A stretch of 64,000 nt of DNA from Candidatus Poribacteria bacterium (GCA_965208675.1 OZ242351.1:2144001-2208000), one strand, 5' to 3'; numbered from the stretch's first letter, positions 30,973-41,729 are shown. The notes: generated from the letters alone by a model not told the origin. Numbers and translations: made by a program.

Positions 30973-32001
30973 ATGTCTAATTCCCAGAGGAACGACAGCG
31001 AAAAGGTTGATCTCTCGATTGTAATTCCCGTATTCAATGAGGAGGAGAATCTCCACGACCTTTACAGCCGACTAACAGATGCGCTTTCAAAACTCAAGAA
31101 AACGTATGAAATCATCTTCATTGACGATGGAAGCACCGATCTCAGCTTTAAGATATTGCGAGAGATTGCTCAGACGCATACCAATATTCGCGCTATACGA
31201 TTTCGCCGAAACTTCGGGCAGACGGCTGCGATGAGTGCGGGCTTCGATTATGCATGCGGCGAAGTGATTGTTCCGATGGATGCCGATCTCCAGAACGACC
31301 CTTTAGACGTAGAACGGCTGCTAGAGAAATTAGATGACGGCTACGACATTGTCAGCGGGTGGAGAGCGAATCGGCAAGACGGATTTTTTCTGCGCCGCAT
31401 CCCATCAATTCTCGCAAATCGCCTAATCTCCTGGATGACGGGCGTTTACCTCCACGACTTTGGATGTACCTTGAAAGCCTACCGACGTGAGATACTCGAA
31501 AATATTAACCTGTACGGTGAATTGCACCGTTTTATCCCGGCATTTGCAAAACTGATTGGCGCTCGAATGGCGGAAATCAAGGTAAGGCATCACCCACGTG
31601 CACGCGGGAAATCGAAGTACGGCATTTCTCGCACAATTCGGGTCATTTTGGATCTCATCACAGTTAAGTTTCTTATGAGTTATTCAACGCGTCCAATCCA
31701 GATATTTGGCCTAGTTGGCTTAATCTTCTTCCTCGCAGGAATCAGCATTTGCGGTTATCTTACCATTGGCAAATTGTTTTTCCCGGCGGGAGTTGAATCA
31801 GGCTTTTTGTCCTATCTTTTTGCCGCCACGGGAGAGCGTGGATTTAGTCTAGTTGAACGTATGCCAATGCTGATTTTGGGCGTGCTACTTCTGTTTACAG
31901 GCATCCAGTTCATCACAATGGGACTTATAGGAGAACTGGTAATTAGGACTTACCACGAATCTCAGAAGAAGCCGATTTACGTCATCCGCGACATCATCTG
32001 A
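30973..32001 (+). CDS. GT2 polyprenol-phosphate glycosyltransferase (ArnC/GtrB-like)
   Basis: SIVIPVFNE, IDDGSTD, RNFGQTAA, MDADLQND, two C-terminal TM helices. Confidence 0.9.
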   Translation: MSNSQRNDSEKVDLSIVIPVFNEEENLHDLYSRLTDALSKLKKTYEIIFIDDGSTDLSFKILREIAQTHTNIRAIRFRRNFGQTAAMSAGFDYACGEVIVPMDADLQNDPLDVERLLEKLDDGYDIVSGWRANRQDGFFLRRIPSILANRLISWMTGVYLHDFGCTLKAYRREILENINLYGELHRFIPAFAKLIGARMAEIKVRHHPRARGKSKYGISRTIRVILDLITVKFLMSYSTRPIQIFGLVGLIFFLAGISICGYLTIGKLFFPAGVESGFLSYLFAATGERGFSLVERMPMLILGVLLLFTGIQFITMGLIGELVIRTYHESQKKPIYVIRDII

Positions 32002-32145
32002 AGCTAAAGATATTCGCGCCAATGGTCAAATTTTAGACTCAATCGTTACCTCAACTGTAAGTAGAGCGGCTTATCTATCGGAATTAGTCTCGAAAATGGT
32101 TGTTTGAATACACTATCGAAGCAGTTAAAGGCATGTTTTTCGCTA

Positions 32146-32529
32146 ATGAACAATGGCTTAAGTTTTAAAATATTCCTACTACTAGTTTTTAATGTATTGT
32201 TAACAGTTGGCGGACAACTGCTACTCAAACGAGGAATGATGGCTGTGGGGCCAATTCAGTCGTTGAGAGATGCAATTCCCAAGCTTTTGCAAGCTTTTTT
32301 GAATCCATTCGTCATTGGCGGAGTTTCGGTGTACGGATTTACAATGATGGTTTGGCTCATCATATTATCTCGCGTTAGATTGAGTGTTGCCTACCCAATG
32401 ATTAGCCTCGGTTATGTACTATCAATTCTTCTGTCGTGGGTATTTCTTAAGGAATCTGTGCCCAAAATTCGAATCATCGGGGCGGTTGTAATCTGTATCG
32501 GTGTTTATCTGGTTGCCCGCAGTGACTGA
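32146..32529 (+). CDS. ArnE/ArnF-like small DMT flippase
   Basis: GQLLLK, LSVAYP, four TM helices; adjacent to the ArnC-like glycosyltransferase. Confidence 0.75.
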   Translation: MNNGLSFKIFLLLVFNVLLTVGGQLLLKRGMMAVGPIQSLRDAIPKLLQAFLNPFVIGGVSVYGFTMMVWLIILSRVRLSVAYPMISLGYVLSILLSWVFLKESVPKIRIIGAVVICIGVYLVARSD

Positions 32530-32545
32530 TACAGCGGAGGTCTAA

Positions 32546-33289
32546 GTGGCAGAGATGAGCACCGTGAAGCGATCGTACCTAGCTATGCTTTTATCAATAA
32601 TTCCAGGAATGGGCCAACTCTATTTGCGCAAACCGCTGAAGGGTTTGATTCTGTTTTTGGGAGTTCTCTCCGCGGGCGCGGTGATTTACATCAGTTCGCT
32701 CCCGGTAAATGATTGGCGTGATTTGGTGCGCTTTGATGGACTTGAAACTTGGTGGGCATCCCGGCAGGCTGACATAGAGACGCGGGAAGATGCTGGAAAG
32801 TCCGAACCTACTGCCGCGAAAGCAGAAGTATATCAAGAGCGCGATTATCATTTGTACACATTTGACGATAATTTTCTTTTTCGCATAGCACCGAAGTTCC
32901 AAAAGGATTTAGACACTAGCATCATCTCGGAAAGATTACGGCGGACATTTAAGGACAATAACATCCTACTCTCAAAGGACGCTATTGCTTCAGTAAACAA
33001 GACCAACAACCGATGGATAATTTCGCAGGGCGATCGAACTTACGCCGTCAGGAAGGTAGATGGACAGTTAAACGTTTACGCCGCCAAGAAGTTAATGTAT
33101 CGTCCCTCCTGGAAATTTAAAATCAGCGGCTTTATTCAAGGCATTGTCTTTTGGATCTACGCCATCTATGATGGATGGAAGGGCCGGAGAGGATTTAATC
33201 GGCGGGCGCTTAAGAAAAAAATGAAGAAAACTGAACAAGATACAGTAGACGAGAGCGAACAAATAAATGATGGCGCGATAAAAAGTTGA
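32546..33289 (+). CDS. Hypothetical membrane protein (IPGxGQLY type) carrying one copy of the ~70-aa insertion module
   Basis: LSIIPGMGQLY...WIYAIYD TM scaffold; GTG start after GGAGG. Confidence 0.7.
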   Translation: MAEMSTVKRSYLAMLLSIIPGMGQLYLRKPLKGLILFLGVLSAGAVIYISSLPVNDWRDLVRFDGLETWWASRQADIETREDAGKSEPTAAKAEVYQERDYHLYTFDDNFLFRIAPKFQKDLDTSIISERLRRTFKDNNILLSKDAIASVNKTNNRWIISQGDRTYAVRKVDGQLNVYAAKKLMYRPSWKFKISGFIQGIVFWIYAIYDGWKGRRGFNRRALKKKMKKTEQDTVDESEQINDGAIKS

Positions 33290-33388
33290 ATTAGCAAACG
33301 ATGGTTTTAATCGAACCGTGAGACATTAGAATATAGATGTGATGAACGAAATTTGAATACATGCGGATTAGGTCAAGAAAGGAAAATC

Positions 33389-33760
33389 ATGCCGTTTTTT
33401 GCTTCTGAGAAACTACCCAAAATGCAATTATTCCCCGGCGCGCTCAGCGGCATTGTCGCCGGCGAAAATTTGCTTCTCTCGTTCCTTGAAATGGAAGAGG
33501 GGAGTGAGGTTCCGGCGCACAGCCATCCACACGAACAAGCCGGTATTTTATTATCGGGGAAGATGCGATTCAGGATTGGTTCAGAGGAATGCCTCATGGA
33601 AGCAGGGGATGCATTCATTGTGCCCCCGGACGTGGTGCATTCGGGGAATGTAGTAGAGGGACCGGCGCGTGTTTTGGATATCTTCGCCCCACCTCGAGAA
33701 GATTACATCGACAGATACAACAAGTATTCGAGCACTTCAGGTCAGACTCTTTGGAAATAG
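33389..33760 (+). CDS. Cupin domain protein
   Basis: HSHPHEQ, GDAFIVPPDVVH, DIFAPPREDY. Confidence 0.88.
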   Translation: MPFFASEKLPKMQLFPGALSGIVAGENLLLSFLEMEEGSEVPAHSHPHEQAGILLSGKMRFRIGSEECLMEAGDAFIVPPDVVHSGNVVEGPARVLDIFAPPREDYIDRYNKYSSTSGQTLWK

Positions 33761-33857
33761 AGGGTATCTGGCATTACTAAAGATGGCCATGAGTCCCATC
33801 GTGCGAGTATGGCGTAATTTTTCCCAATCTTTGAGTCCGAGCTAGCAGAAGGCATTT

Positions 33858-36800
33858 ATGCAATCCCAACAGTCTAACGAGCACAATCCATACCGTAAAA
33901 ACATAACCGATTCGCAATGCCCCTCTGTTAATCTCTACCCGGGCCAACAACTTCGCGGCTTTGAGGTTAAAGCCGTCACGCCAATCGACGAACTGCGAGC
34001 TACGGCTATTGAACTCGCTCATGAAAAGAGCGGCGCGCGGCTGCTGCATCTCTATTCGGAGGACACCAGAAACTGGTTTTCAATCAGTCCGATGACTCCG
34101 GCACCCGACGATACGGGTGTACAACACATTGTTGAACACTCCGTAATGTCGGGATCTCGAAACTATCCGGTCAGGGATGTGTTTTCTGAAATGATGAAGA
34201 TGAGCCTGGCAAGCTTTGACAGCGCGAACGCTATGAACGCGGTCGACCACGCCTATTACTATGCTTCAAGCAGCGTCAAAAAAGACCTATTCAATCTTGC
34301 CGAGGTCTTCTTTGATTCCGTTTTTCATGCGCTGCTGACTGAGGAAACATTCAAACGTGAAGGGCACCATCTTGAACCTGTGGATCCAAATCGACCTATG
34401 GGCGACTTAAGAATTAACGGGATTGTCTATAACGAAGTGAAAATCGGGATGTCCGACCCAAGAGAATGCTTTCATACGGCCGTGACCCGTGGACTATTGC
34501 CTAGCACATGCTATGCCAACAATGGCGCCGGAGATTCTGCGGTCATGCCGGATCTTAGCTACGAACAATTTAAAGGCTTTTACCAAACCTACTTTCATCC
34601 TCGCAACTGTTACTTCTTCTTCTACGGGAATATTCCAACAGACAATTATCTCGAGATTCTCGCTGATAAACTTGAAGCCATCCCGAAAACTGAAAAAGAT
34701 GGGCGTCTCCACCCGCTTCGACCGGAAATCACGCTCCAGCCGAAATGGCAATCTGCAAGGACGGTAAGAGACCGCTATCCGATTGGAGCAGATGAGCCGC
34801 TGACCGAAAAGACGCATCTGATGCTCAGTTGGTTAATAGGTGATGCAACGGATCCTGAGGACACCGTTTTGTGCCGAATCTTGAGTCTTCTCCTCTTCGG
34901 TAATGAGGGGGCGCCGCTCCGAAAAGCGATTGTTGATTCTAGACTAGGTACCGACGTATTCGACTACAGTTTTCTTGACGGACTCACCGGTCCCAACAGG
35001 ACCTTTCACGCCGGTCTGTTAGGAAGCGAAGTGGATCGAATTGACACGTTCACGGAATTGGTTCTCAATACATTAGTAGAAATTGCAGAATCAGATATTG
35101 ACACGGAAACGGTTGAGGCTGCGTTCCAACAACTCACATATGAATATCAAGAAGTTACGCCGAAGTTTCCGTTTCAGATGATGAAGCGAGTCATAAACGC
35201 TTGGATATATGAAAAGGAACCAACCCTCTTTCTTAAGATGGGCGCGTGCCTTTCTACTATCCGCAAACGTTGGGAGCAAAATCCCCGCATCTTCAACAAT
35301 CTGATTCGTGAGCGACTGCTGGACAACCCGCATCGATTGACGACTGTCCTTTCTCCTGATCCGCGTATGCAAGCTCGGCTTAACGCTGATGAGAATAGGC
35401 GTCTGAAAAAAATTCGCACGCAATTAAGTGATGAGCAGATGAGACAGATTGCCGCGGAAGCAGGCGAGCTAGAACGCCTAAGCGATCAACCGAACTCGCC
35501 GGAAGATCTGGCGAAGCTGCCGCAACTGCATGTCGCCGAGCTTCCGGAAAAGCCGTTGCAAATTCCCACAACTGTTGAAACAGTAAGCGGACGACCCTTG
35601 CTCCGCAGCGAAGTGTTTTCAAACGCAGTGAACTACGTGGAACTAAGTTTTGATTTACAGGGATTACCGCAGCATTTATGGAGTTACCTGCCCAGGTACA
35701 CGAATGCCATCGGTAAATTTGGCGCCGCCAAAATGGGTTACCAACAGATAGCGCAACGCATTTCGGCAGCAACCGGGGGTGTTGAATGCACTCCGACTTT
35801 TAGCACACACTCGCTTGATCCAAACCGACCTGTGTGGAACGTGCAGTTTCGATTGAAAGCGCTTGACGACAAAATTGAAGGGGCTTTGGGCGTTCTGCAA
35901 GATTTAGTTTTCGCAGCGAACCCTCACGATAAAGAGCGTTTATACGTCGTGCTCAATCAGGCAATGACAGGATTTCGGACCTACATGCAGGGTTATCGCG
36001 GCCCAAATATAGCCAACCATCATGCTGCACGCGGGTTTTCGCCGCAGGCATACCTATCGGAAATAGTCTTTGGACTTCCTCAGCTGCGTAGGATTGAAAA
36101 CCTGCTCAATCGATTTGACGAATGCCATGAAGAATTCAGTGATTACCTTGCACAGATTCGAGATTTCCTGTTGGTACGAGGTCGCGTCACGGCGAGTTTT
36201 ACGGGCACTGATAAAGCGTATGGAGTGTTTCAAAGAAAATTCAAAGAGTGGATTGGCAGTATGCGTGACGAGTCGTTAACGCCGGCATCAACAGGATTCA
36301 AACCTTTTGAGAAATGTCCGCGCGAAGGAATGGCGGCTCCCGTCGATGTAGCGTACTGCACGCAAGTTATGCCGGCGCTGCACTACTTGCACAAAGACTC
36401 AAGCCTTTTGACTGTTGGGGCGAATATCGTGGCATATGACTATGCGTTCAAGGAAATCCGTCTCAAAGGGAACGCCTATTATGGATGGTTCGCTTACAAC
36501 CCATTTGAAGGCTGCGTATACCATGACTCCTTCGCTGATCCGCACATTGCTCGTACGCTAGACGTTTTCTCACGGACTGCTGACTATGTCAGAAATTCGG
36601 AGTGGACGCAGACCGATATCAATCATTCGATTATTTCGAGAGCGGGGGATTTCCAAAAGACACTCCGACCCAGCCACGCCGCAGCCGATGCGCTCGCGAA
36701 TCATCTCACAGGTCAGACGCAGGAAGTTATTGAAGAAAAATATGACCAACTGCGAAGTGCAACTCCTGGGGAGGCCAAGCGGGCAATGCTCCAAGTTCTT

Positions 36801-36911
36801 GAGGAAAATCGGGATAAAGCCTCGGTTTGCGTCGTGGCGAGCCGCGAGAAACTAGAAGCCGAAAACAAGAAAATGGCAAATCCTTTGCGCATTGAGGACA
36901 TTTTCGAATAG
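33858..36911 (+). CDS. M16C metallopeptidase (presequence protease/PreP-like)
   Basis: Inverted zinc motif HIVEHSV, ETFKREG, GIVYNE, YFHPRN. Confidence 0.88.
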   Translation: MQSQQSNEHNPYRKNITDSQCPSVNLYPGQQLRGFEVKAVTPIDELRATAIELAHEKSGARLLHLYSEDTRNWFSISPMTPAPDDTGVQHIVEHSVMSGSRNYPVRDVFSEMMKMSLASFDSANAMNAVDHAYYYASSSVKKDLFNLAEVFFDSVFHALLTEETFKREGHHLEPVDPNRPMGDLRINGIVYNEVKIGMSDPRECFHTAVTRGLLPSTCYANNGAGDSAVMPDLSYEQFKGFYQTYFHPRNCYFFFYGNIPTDNYLEILADKLEAIPKTEKDGRLHPLRPEITLQPKWQSARTVRDRYPIGADEPLTEKTHLMLSWLIGDATDPEDTVLCRILSLLLFGNEGAPLRKAIVDSRLGTDVFDYSFLDGLTGPNRTFHAGLLGSEVDRIDTFTELVLNTLVEIAESDIDTETVEAAFQQLTYEYQEVTPKFPFQMMKRVINAWIYEKEPTLFLKMGACLSTIRKRWEQNPRIFNNLIRERLLDNPHRLTTVLSPDPRMQARLNADENRRLKKIRTQLSDEQMRQIAAEAGELERLSDQPNSPEDLAKLPQLHVAELPEKPLQIPTTVETVSGRPLLRSEVFSNAVNYVELSFDLQGLPQHLWSYLPRYTNAIGKFGAAKMGYQQIAQRISAATGGVECTPTFSTHSLDPNRPVWNVQFRLKALDDKIEGALGVLQDLVFAANPHDKERLYVVLNQAMTGFRTYMQGYRGPNIANHHAARGFSPQAYLSEIVFGLPQLRRIENLLNRFDECHEEFSDYLAQIRDFLLVRGRVTASFTGTDKAYGVFQRKFKEWIGSMRDESLTPASTGFKPFEKCPREGMAAPVDVAYCTQVMPALHYLHKDSSLLTVGANIVAYDYAFKEIRLKGNAYYGWFAYNPFEGCVYHDSFADPHIARTLDVFSRTADYVRNSEWTQTDINHSIISRAGDFQKTLRPSHAAADALANHLTGQTQEVIEEKYDQLRSATPGEAKRAMLQVLEENRDKASVCVVASREKLEAENKKMANPLRIEDIFE

Positions 36912-37036
36912 GGTAGGGTTTCCAGCCATGAGGCAGATCTCTATCGCACTCCTTATTCAGTCGCTTGATCCCCGCCTAGGGGGGATGGGCGCGAATATTG
37001 GGTTGGAGCGCGATGGGGGTCATTAGAAGAAGATTA

Positions 37037-37061
37037 CGGCACACGGAGTGTGCCTACTACT
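37037..37061. repeat. REP-like palindrome
   Basis: Hairpin GGCACAC-GGA-GTGTGCC ending in CTAC (GTAG on the minus strand). Confidence 0.55.
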
Positions 37062-37182
37062 TTGCTCATACTCCCGTACGCAGTTTTCCAGATGCGAGAG
37101 GACGCTGTTTGACGGATCGGTTCGTAAGTCTGATGACGCTTGCAAAAACATGAGGCGATCAGTAAAGACTCAGGAAAATGGC

Positions 37183-37734
37183 ATGAAAGCGTTATGGATT
37201 CGCTCCAGTCTCGTTTTGCTAACGGTTACGTTTGCTTGTTCAGATAGAAACTCTCCGGACGACGTTGCCGAAGATTTCATCTATAACTACTATCTGCGTG
37301 CGAACCAGGAAGCTGCGCTGCAATTGAGCGAAGCGTTGGCTGAAGAGAAATTAAAATCGGAAATCGAATTATTGCGTAACGTCCGCCAGCCGGGTGAAGC
37401 GCCGGACAGTCCGCCGAAAATAAAGTATAAGATGATAGGGAAAAAAATCTTCGATGAAAGCGTTGTCCGATTAAAGAATGGTAAAGAAATCATCGGGATA
37501 GTTGAAGGAAATGATAAAAACGCACCTACAACCTTTACCATTAGAACCCGTGACGGCGAGAGCATGACAATGTCTACCGGTGAGGTACACCGTGTCGTCG
37601 AACAACAGCGTGTTTTTTTCAGCTATCGACTGACAGTCAAGGACGCTGAAAACTTGATTCCGTCCCGCAACGCTGTGCTTTACACGGAATTAATAGAAGG
37701 CGAGTGGAAGGTCGTAAATTTTGACGAATACTAA
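37183..37734 (+). CDS. Hypothetical lipoprotein (NTF2-like scaffold with an Sm/SH3-like insert)
   Basis: Lipobox-like TFAC, SPDDVAEDF, terminal GEWKVVNF. Confidence 0.6.
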   Translation: MKALWIRSSLVLLTVTFACSDRNSPDDVAEDFIYNYYLRANQEAALQLSEALAEEKLKSEIELLRNVRQPGEAPDSPPKIKYKMIGKKIFDESVVRLKNGKEIIGIVEGNDKNAPTTFTIRTRDGESMTMSTGEVHRVVEQQRVFFSYRLTVKDAENLIPSRNAVLYTELIEGEWKVVNFDEY

Positions 37735-37740
37735 GGGTTT

Positions 37741-39195
37741 TTAGCCCTTTATTACACCGACTGGACGCATGCGTGCAACCCGCCGCGAGAGACCTGCCGC
37801 ATCAACAACCTTGACGACTTCATCGACATCTTTGTAGGCTTCGGGGACTTCCTCGTGGAGTGTTCGCCGACCTTCAGCCCGCACAAAGATTCCCTGTTTT
37901 TCAAGATACTGAGCAATGGCACGCCCCTTTGTTAACTCCACCGCCTTACGACGGGAAAGCATACGTCCTGCGCCGTGGCAGGTGGTTCCCCAAGTCTGTT
38001 CCATCGCTGATGGGCTTCCGACGAGGACGTAAGATGCGGTTCCCATGTCGCCGGGGATTAGCACGGGCTGCCCAATATTCTGGTACTTCTCCGGAATTTC
38101 AGGGTGTCCGGCTGGAAAGGCTCGCGTCGCCCCTTTGCGATGGACGAACAATTCACGTTCCTCACCGTCGACAAGATGTTTCTCAAATTTCCCGATGTTG
38201 TGAGCAACGTCGTAAACTAACTCGAGCCCCAGTTCATCTTCGCTGGTATCAAAAAAATCCATGAATACCTGGCGCACCCAGTGCATAATGCACTGGCGAT
38301 TATTCCAGGCATAGTTTGCGCCGCAAGCCATTGCGGCGATATAGTCTTCTCCCTCTTTCGAGTTTATTGGCGCGGACGCGAGTTGGCGGTCGGGGAGATT
38401 GATTCCATACTTTTTGGCAACGTCTATCCATGTCTTGACGTGCTCGTCGCACACTTGATAGCCGAAACCGCGTGAGCCCGTGTGAATCATCACGCAAATT
38501 TGACCTTCGGATAACCCCATGACCTCTGCTGCCTCACGATATAGCACTCGATCGACTACTTGAACTTCTAGGAAGTGATTTCCGGAACCGAGCGTGCCGA
38601 GCTGGTTTTTCCCGCGCTCCAGTGCACGTTTACTAGGGGCGCTAGCGTCGGCGAAATCCAGAAACCCGTTAGCCTCTGTAAATTGGAGATCTTCTAAATT
38701 GCCGTATTCGCGCTCAATTGCCCAGCGCGATCCTTTCGAAAGCATCTCCTTTTCTTCCTGAACGGAGAGCCGTATCTTTCCACTGGAACCAACGCCGCAT
38801 GGGATAGTGTCAAACAGCTTGCCCACGAGACTTTTGATTTTGCCATCTACGTGTTTAATGTTGAGGTTTGTCCGTATCAGCCGCACGCCGCAGTTTAGGT
38901 CGTATCCGATTCCGCCCGGAGAGACAACACCGTCCGCTTGTGGATCTGTCGCCGCAACGCCGCCTATTACGAATCCATAACCCCAGTGCAAGTCTGGCAT
39001 AGCGAGCGAATGTTTTACGATTCCCGGCAAATGCGCCACATTTGCGACTTGTTGCAAGGCTTCGCTGCTCTTCGCTTGCCGGAGCAGTTTCTCGTTCGCA
39101 TAGACAATTCCATCAACACGCATCCCTTTCATATAGCTTTTTGGAATACGCCATCGATATTGGTCAATTTTTGATAGAGGTACGTTCTTGGACAT
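37741..39195 (-). CDS. rtcB: RNA-splicing/repair ligase RtcB
   Basis: MPDLHWGYGF, GYDLNCG, GSGNHF, HTGSRG, HRKGATRAF, CHGAGR; catalytic motifs intact. Confidence 0.96.
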   Translation of the reverse strand: MSKNVPLSKIDQYRWRIPKSYMKGMRVDGIVYANEKLLRQAKSSEALQQVANVAHLPGIVKHSLAMPDLHWGYGFVIGGVAATDPQADGVVSPGGIGYDLNCGVRLIRTNLNIKHVDGKIKSLVGKLFDTIPCGVGSSGKIRLSVQEEKEMLSKGSRWAIEREYGNLEDLQFTEANGFLDFADASAPSKRALERGKNQLGTLGSGNHFLEVQVVDRVLYREAAEVMGLSEGQICVMIHTGSRGFGYQVCDEHVKTWIDVAKKYGINLPDRQLASAPINSKEGEDYIAAMACGANYAWNNRQCIMHWVRQVFMDFFDTSEDELGLELVYDVAHNIGKFEKHLVDGEERELFVHRKGATRAFPAGHPEIPEKYQNIGQPVLIPGDMGTASYVLVGSPSAMEQTWGTTCHGAGRMLSRRKAVELTKGRAIAQYLEKQGIFVRAEGRRTLHEEVPEAYKDVDEVVKVVDAAGLSRRVARMRPVGVIKG

Positions 39196-39277
39196 ATCTG
39201 ATTATCGCCTTGAATTCGGTTTTGCCTGACCGCGTTAGAAATCCATTGAAATGAAACCCAAGCACGTCATGCCGGTA

Positions 39278-40441
39278 TCATTCGGGTATAAGCTCAGGTA
39301 AATTCACCCAAGCGCGGGTTTTCCAAGATTCCATCCCTTTTTCAGCCAATTGAACGCCCTTTGCGCCTTCCAAAAAATCCCACGGGAATGGCTGATTTTT
39401 AACAACATGTTTGAGGAAGAGTTCCCACTGCACCTTAAATGCATTGTCGTAACTCTGCGGCTCCATAACTTTAGACCATCCGTCCGAAAAATTAATGGGT
39501 TGTTCGATATCGGGATTCCAAACGCAATTCGGTGTTTCGCCAAGTGATTGAATCCAGCAATCGCGCAATCCGGCAATAGCAGAGGCTTTTTTTCCGTCAA
39601 CTTGAAGGGTCAGTAGATCGTCACGCCGTACCCGTACCGCCCACGATGAATTGAATTGCGCCACAATACCGCCTTCCAAATCGAAAGTGGCGTATGCGGC
39701 GTCTTCAGCGGTACATTGATACGGTACTCCCGACTCATCGCGGCGCGATTTAACATGTGTCGCGCCGAAACAGGAGACTGCTTTTACATTTCCAAAAAGG
39801 TTGTCGAGCAGATAGCGCCAGTGACATAGCATATCTAGGATGATTCCGCCGCCGTCCTCCTGGCGATAGTTCCAGGAAGGCCGCTGTGCGGGGATAGTAT
39901 CCCCGTCAAAAACCCAATACCCGAATTCTCCGCGCACCGACAGAATTCTGCCTAAACTCCCTTTTTTTATTAGCCCTTCTAATTTTTTTATGCCGGGCAA
40001 CCAGAGCTTATCCTGAACGACGCCATTTTTGAGTTTAGCCTTCGCCGCAGCTTGATATAAACGATAAGCCTCCTTTGTTGTAGCAGCCGATGGTTTTTCG
40101 CAATAAATATGTTTGCCAGCGGCAATCGCCATTTTCACTGAATTGCCCCGCATTGAAGTCGTCTGAGAGTCAAAATAAACAGGATATGCCGAATCGGACA
40201 GTGAATTCTCCAATTTAGTCGTCCACTTGTTTACGCCGGATAATCGAGACAGTTCTTCCAATTTTGCAGGATTGCGGCCAACCAGTATCGGATCAGGCAT
40301 TATGACTTCCGAATTGCCAATTTCCAATCCGCCTTGCTTAACAATTGCAAGGATTGAGCGAAGCAGGTGCTGATTGGTTCCCATCCGGCCGGTTACTCCG
40401 TTCATAATTATACCGACGCGGTGGATTTTGGATTTATGCAT
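39278..40441 (-). CDS. Gfo/Idh/MocA family oxidoreductase
   Basis: NGVTGRMG, KHIYCEKP, GGGIILDMLCH. Confidence 0.9.
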   Translation of the reverse strand: MHKSKIHRVGIIMNGVTGRMGTNQHLLRSILAIVKQGGLEIGNSEVIMPDPILVGRNPAKLEELSRLSGVNKWTTKLENSLSDSAYPVYFDSQTTSMRGNSVKMAIAAGKHIYCEKPSAATTKEAYRLYQAAAKAKLKNGVVQDKLWLPGIKKLEGLIKKGSLGRILSVRGEFGYWVFDGDTIPAQRPSWNYRQEDGGGIILDMLCHWRYLLDNLFGNVKAVSCFGATHVKSRRDESGVPYQCTAEDAAYATFDLEGGIVAQFNSSWAVRVRRDDLLTLQVDGKKASAIAGLRDCWIQSLGETPNCVWNPDIEQPINFSDGWSKVMEPQSYDNAFKVQWELFLKHVVKNQPFPWDFLEGAKGVQLAEKGMESWKTRAWVNLPELIPE

Positions 40442-40538
40442 CGTACGGATTCGTTATGTGTTTATTTGGGTTAATCAATACATCCCGACTTGGGTGCTTT
40501 GGTTGAAAGCAGATTATATCACCTTGCGTCTCAGTTGG

Positions 40539-41666
40539 TCACAATTCTGATAGTGCCTTTAGAAAATGGGTAACGTCGGAACTTCCATTGTAGACATGCG
40601 TCGAAATCCGCACGCGCCCAAATTCGCCCCAGCACAATATTCTCTGTTCAGCCAGTTGATTCTGAATTCCTTCAGCATCTTCAATCCGAAAACAGGTATT
40701 GCCCGACCGCGCAGCCCGGTGCTGAGGCGTGATAACCGCAATTCCCAGATTCTCCAGTCCGGCACTGACCTGTTCGGATAGAGACATGGCGTGATGCTCA
40801 ACGCGATCTATACCGATCGAAAGCAAACCTTCAAGTGACCTGTCAAGGTGCATTATCACCAACATCGCGGGATTCCCCGGTTCTAGAAGACTTGGCATGG
40901 GTTTTACTGCAGCATCCGGCAGCCGCTCGGCTTGTTGTGCCGGCCATACCGCTAAGTTACGCCATCCAAAACAGGACGCTTCAATTTGTTCCTCTGCCCG
41001 TGTGCTCAAATAACAAGGTGCGGCCCCATGCGTAGCGAGCATCCACTTATAACTGCTGCTAACGGTGAGATCTGTTAACCCCGCAGGTACGTTCAAGACT
41101 CCTGATGAGTGCGTGGCATCTACCGCAAAAAGCAGGCCCTTTGACCGTGCACCTTTCGATAGCCGCTGCAGGTTCAAACACTGTCCTGTATAAAAGCTCA
41201 CATGGCTTACAGCCAATACCCGCGTTCGTGAATCTATCGCATCCAGCAAATCTTCCTCGTGCACAATCCAGTTGCGGTGAGGCACAAAACGAACCTCTAC
41301 GCCAAGGGACTTAAGGCCTCTCCAAGCGTAGGCTACCGGCGGAAACTCTAAGTTGGTTGTCACCACGTTATCGCCCGATTTCCAGTTGAGTCCACGCGCC
41401 AGCCAGTTCATTCCCTCCGATGCTGACGGCATGAACGCAATCCGATCGGGCGGAACATTCCAGAGTGTGCCCATCCGTTCCCTGCAACGCTCGCCTCGTG
41501 CATAAATTTCTGCCCTACCATCAGAACCAGCGCTTTTCAATCGAGCAAAGTCTGCATGCACTAACTGCTGAGCCTTGAGCCATGGCGCTTCGCCACCCAC
41601 ACAAAGGTGTGTGACACCTTCCAATCCTACAAATTCATCAGGGGAAATTAGCGGTTTGATTTGCAT
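40539..41666 (-). CDS. Class V PLP-dependent aminotransferase/lyase
   Basis: GDNVVTTNLEFP, VDATH, SSYKW (PLP lysine), RISTHVYN. Confidence 0.85.
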   Translation of the reverse strand: MQIKPLISPDEFVGLEGVTHLCVGGEAPWLKAQQLVHADFARLKSAGSDGRAEIYARGERCRERMGTLWNVPPDRIAFMPSASEGMNWLARGLNWKSGDNVVTTNLEFPPVAYAWRGLKSLGVEVRFVPHRNWIVHEEDLLDAIDSRTRVLAVSHVSFYTGQCLNLQRLSKGARSKGLLFAVDATHSSGVLNVPAGLTDLTVSSSYKWMLATHGAAPCYLSTRAEEQIEASCFGWRNLAVWPAQQAERLPDAAVKPMPSLLEPGNPAMLVIMHLDRSLEGLLSIGIDRVEHHAMSLSEQVSAGLENLGIAVITPQHRAARSGNTCFRIEDAEGIQNQLAEQRILCWGEFGRVRISTHVYNGSSDVTHFLKALSEL

Positions 41667-41729
41667 AACGAGAATGAATGTGTCCTTTTCACCCGTTAAT
41701 GTATAAGAATAACAACTATTGAACCTGAA

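Noticed and set aside
37741-39195. rtcB as part of an RNA-repair or defence system
   Set aside because: No rtcA, rtcR, archease, Ro/Y RNA or toxin neighbours; it looks like a stand-alone gene.
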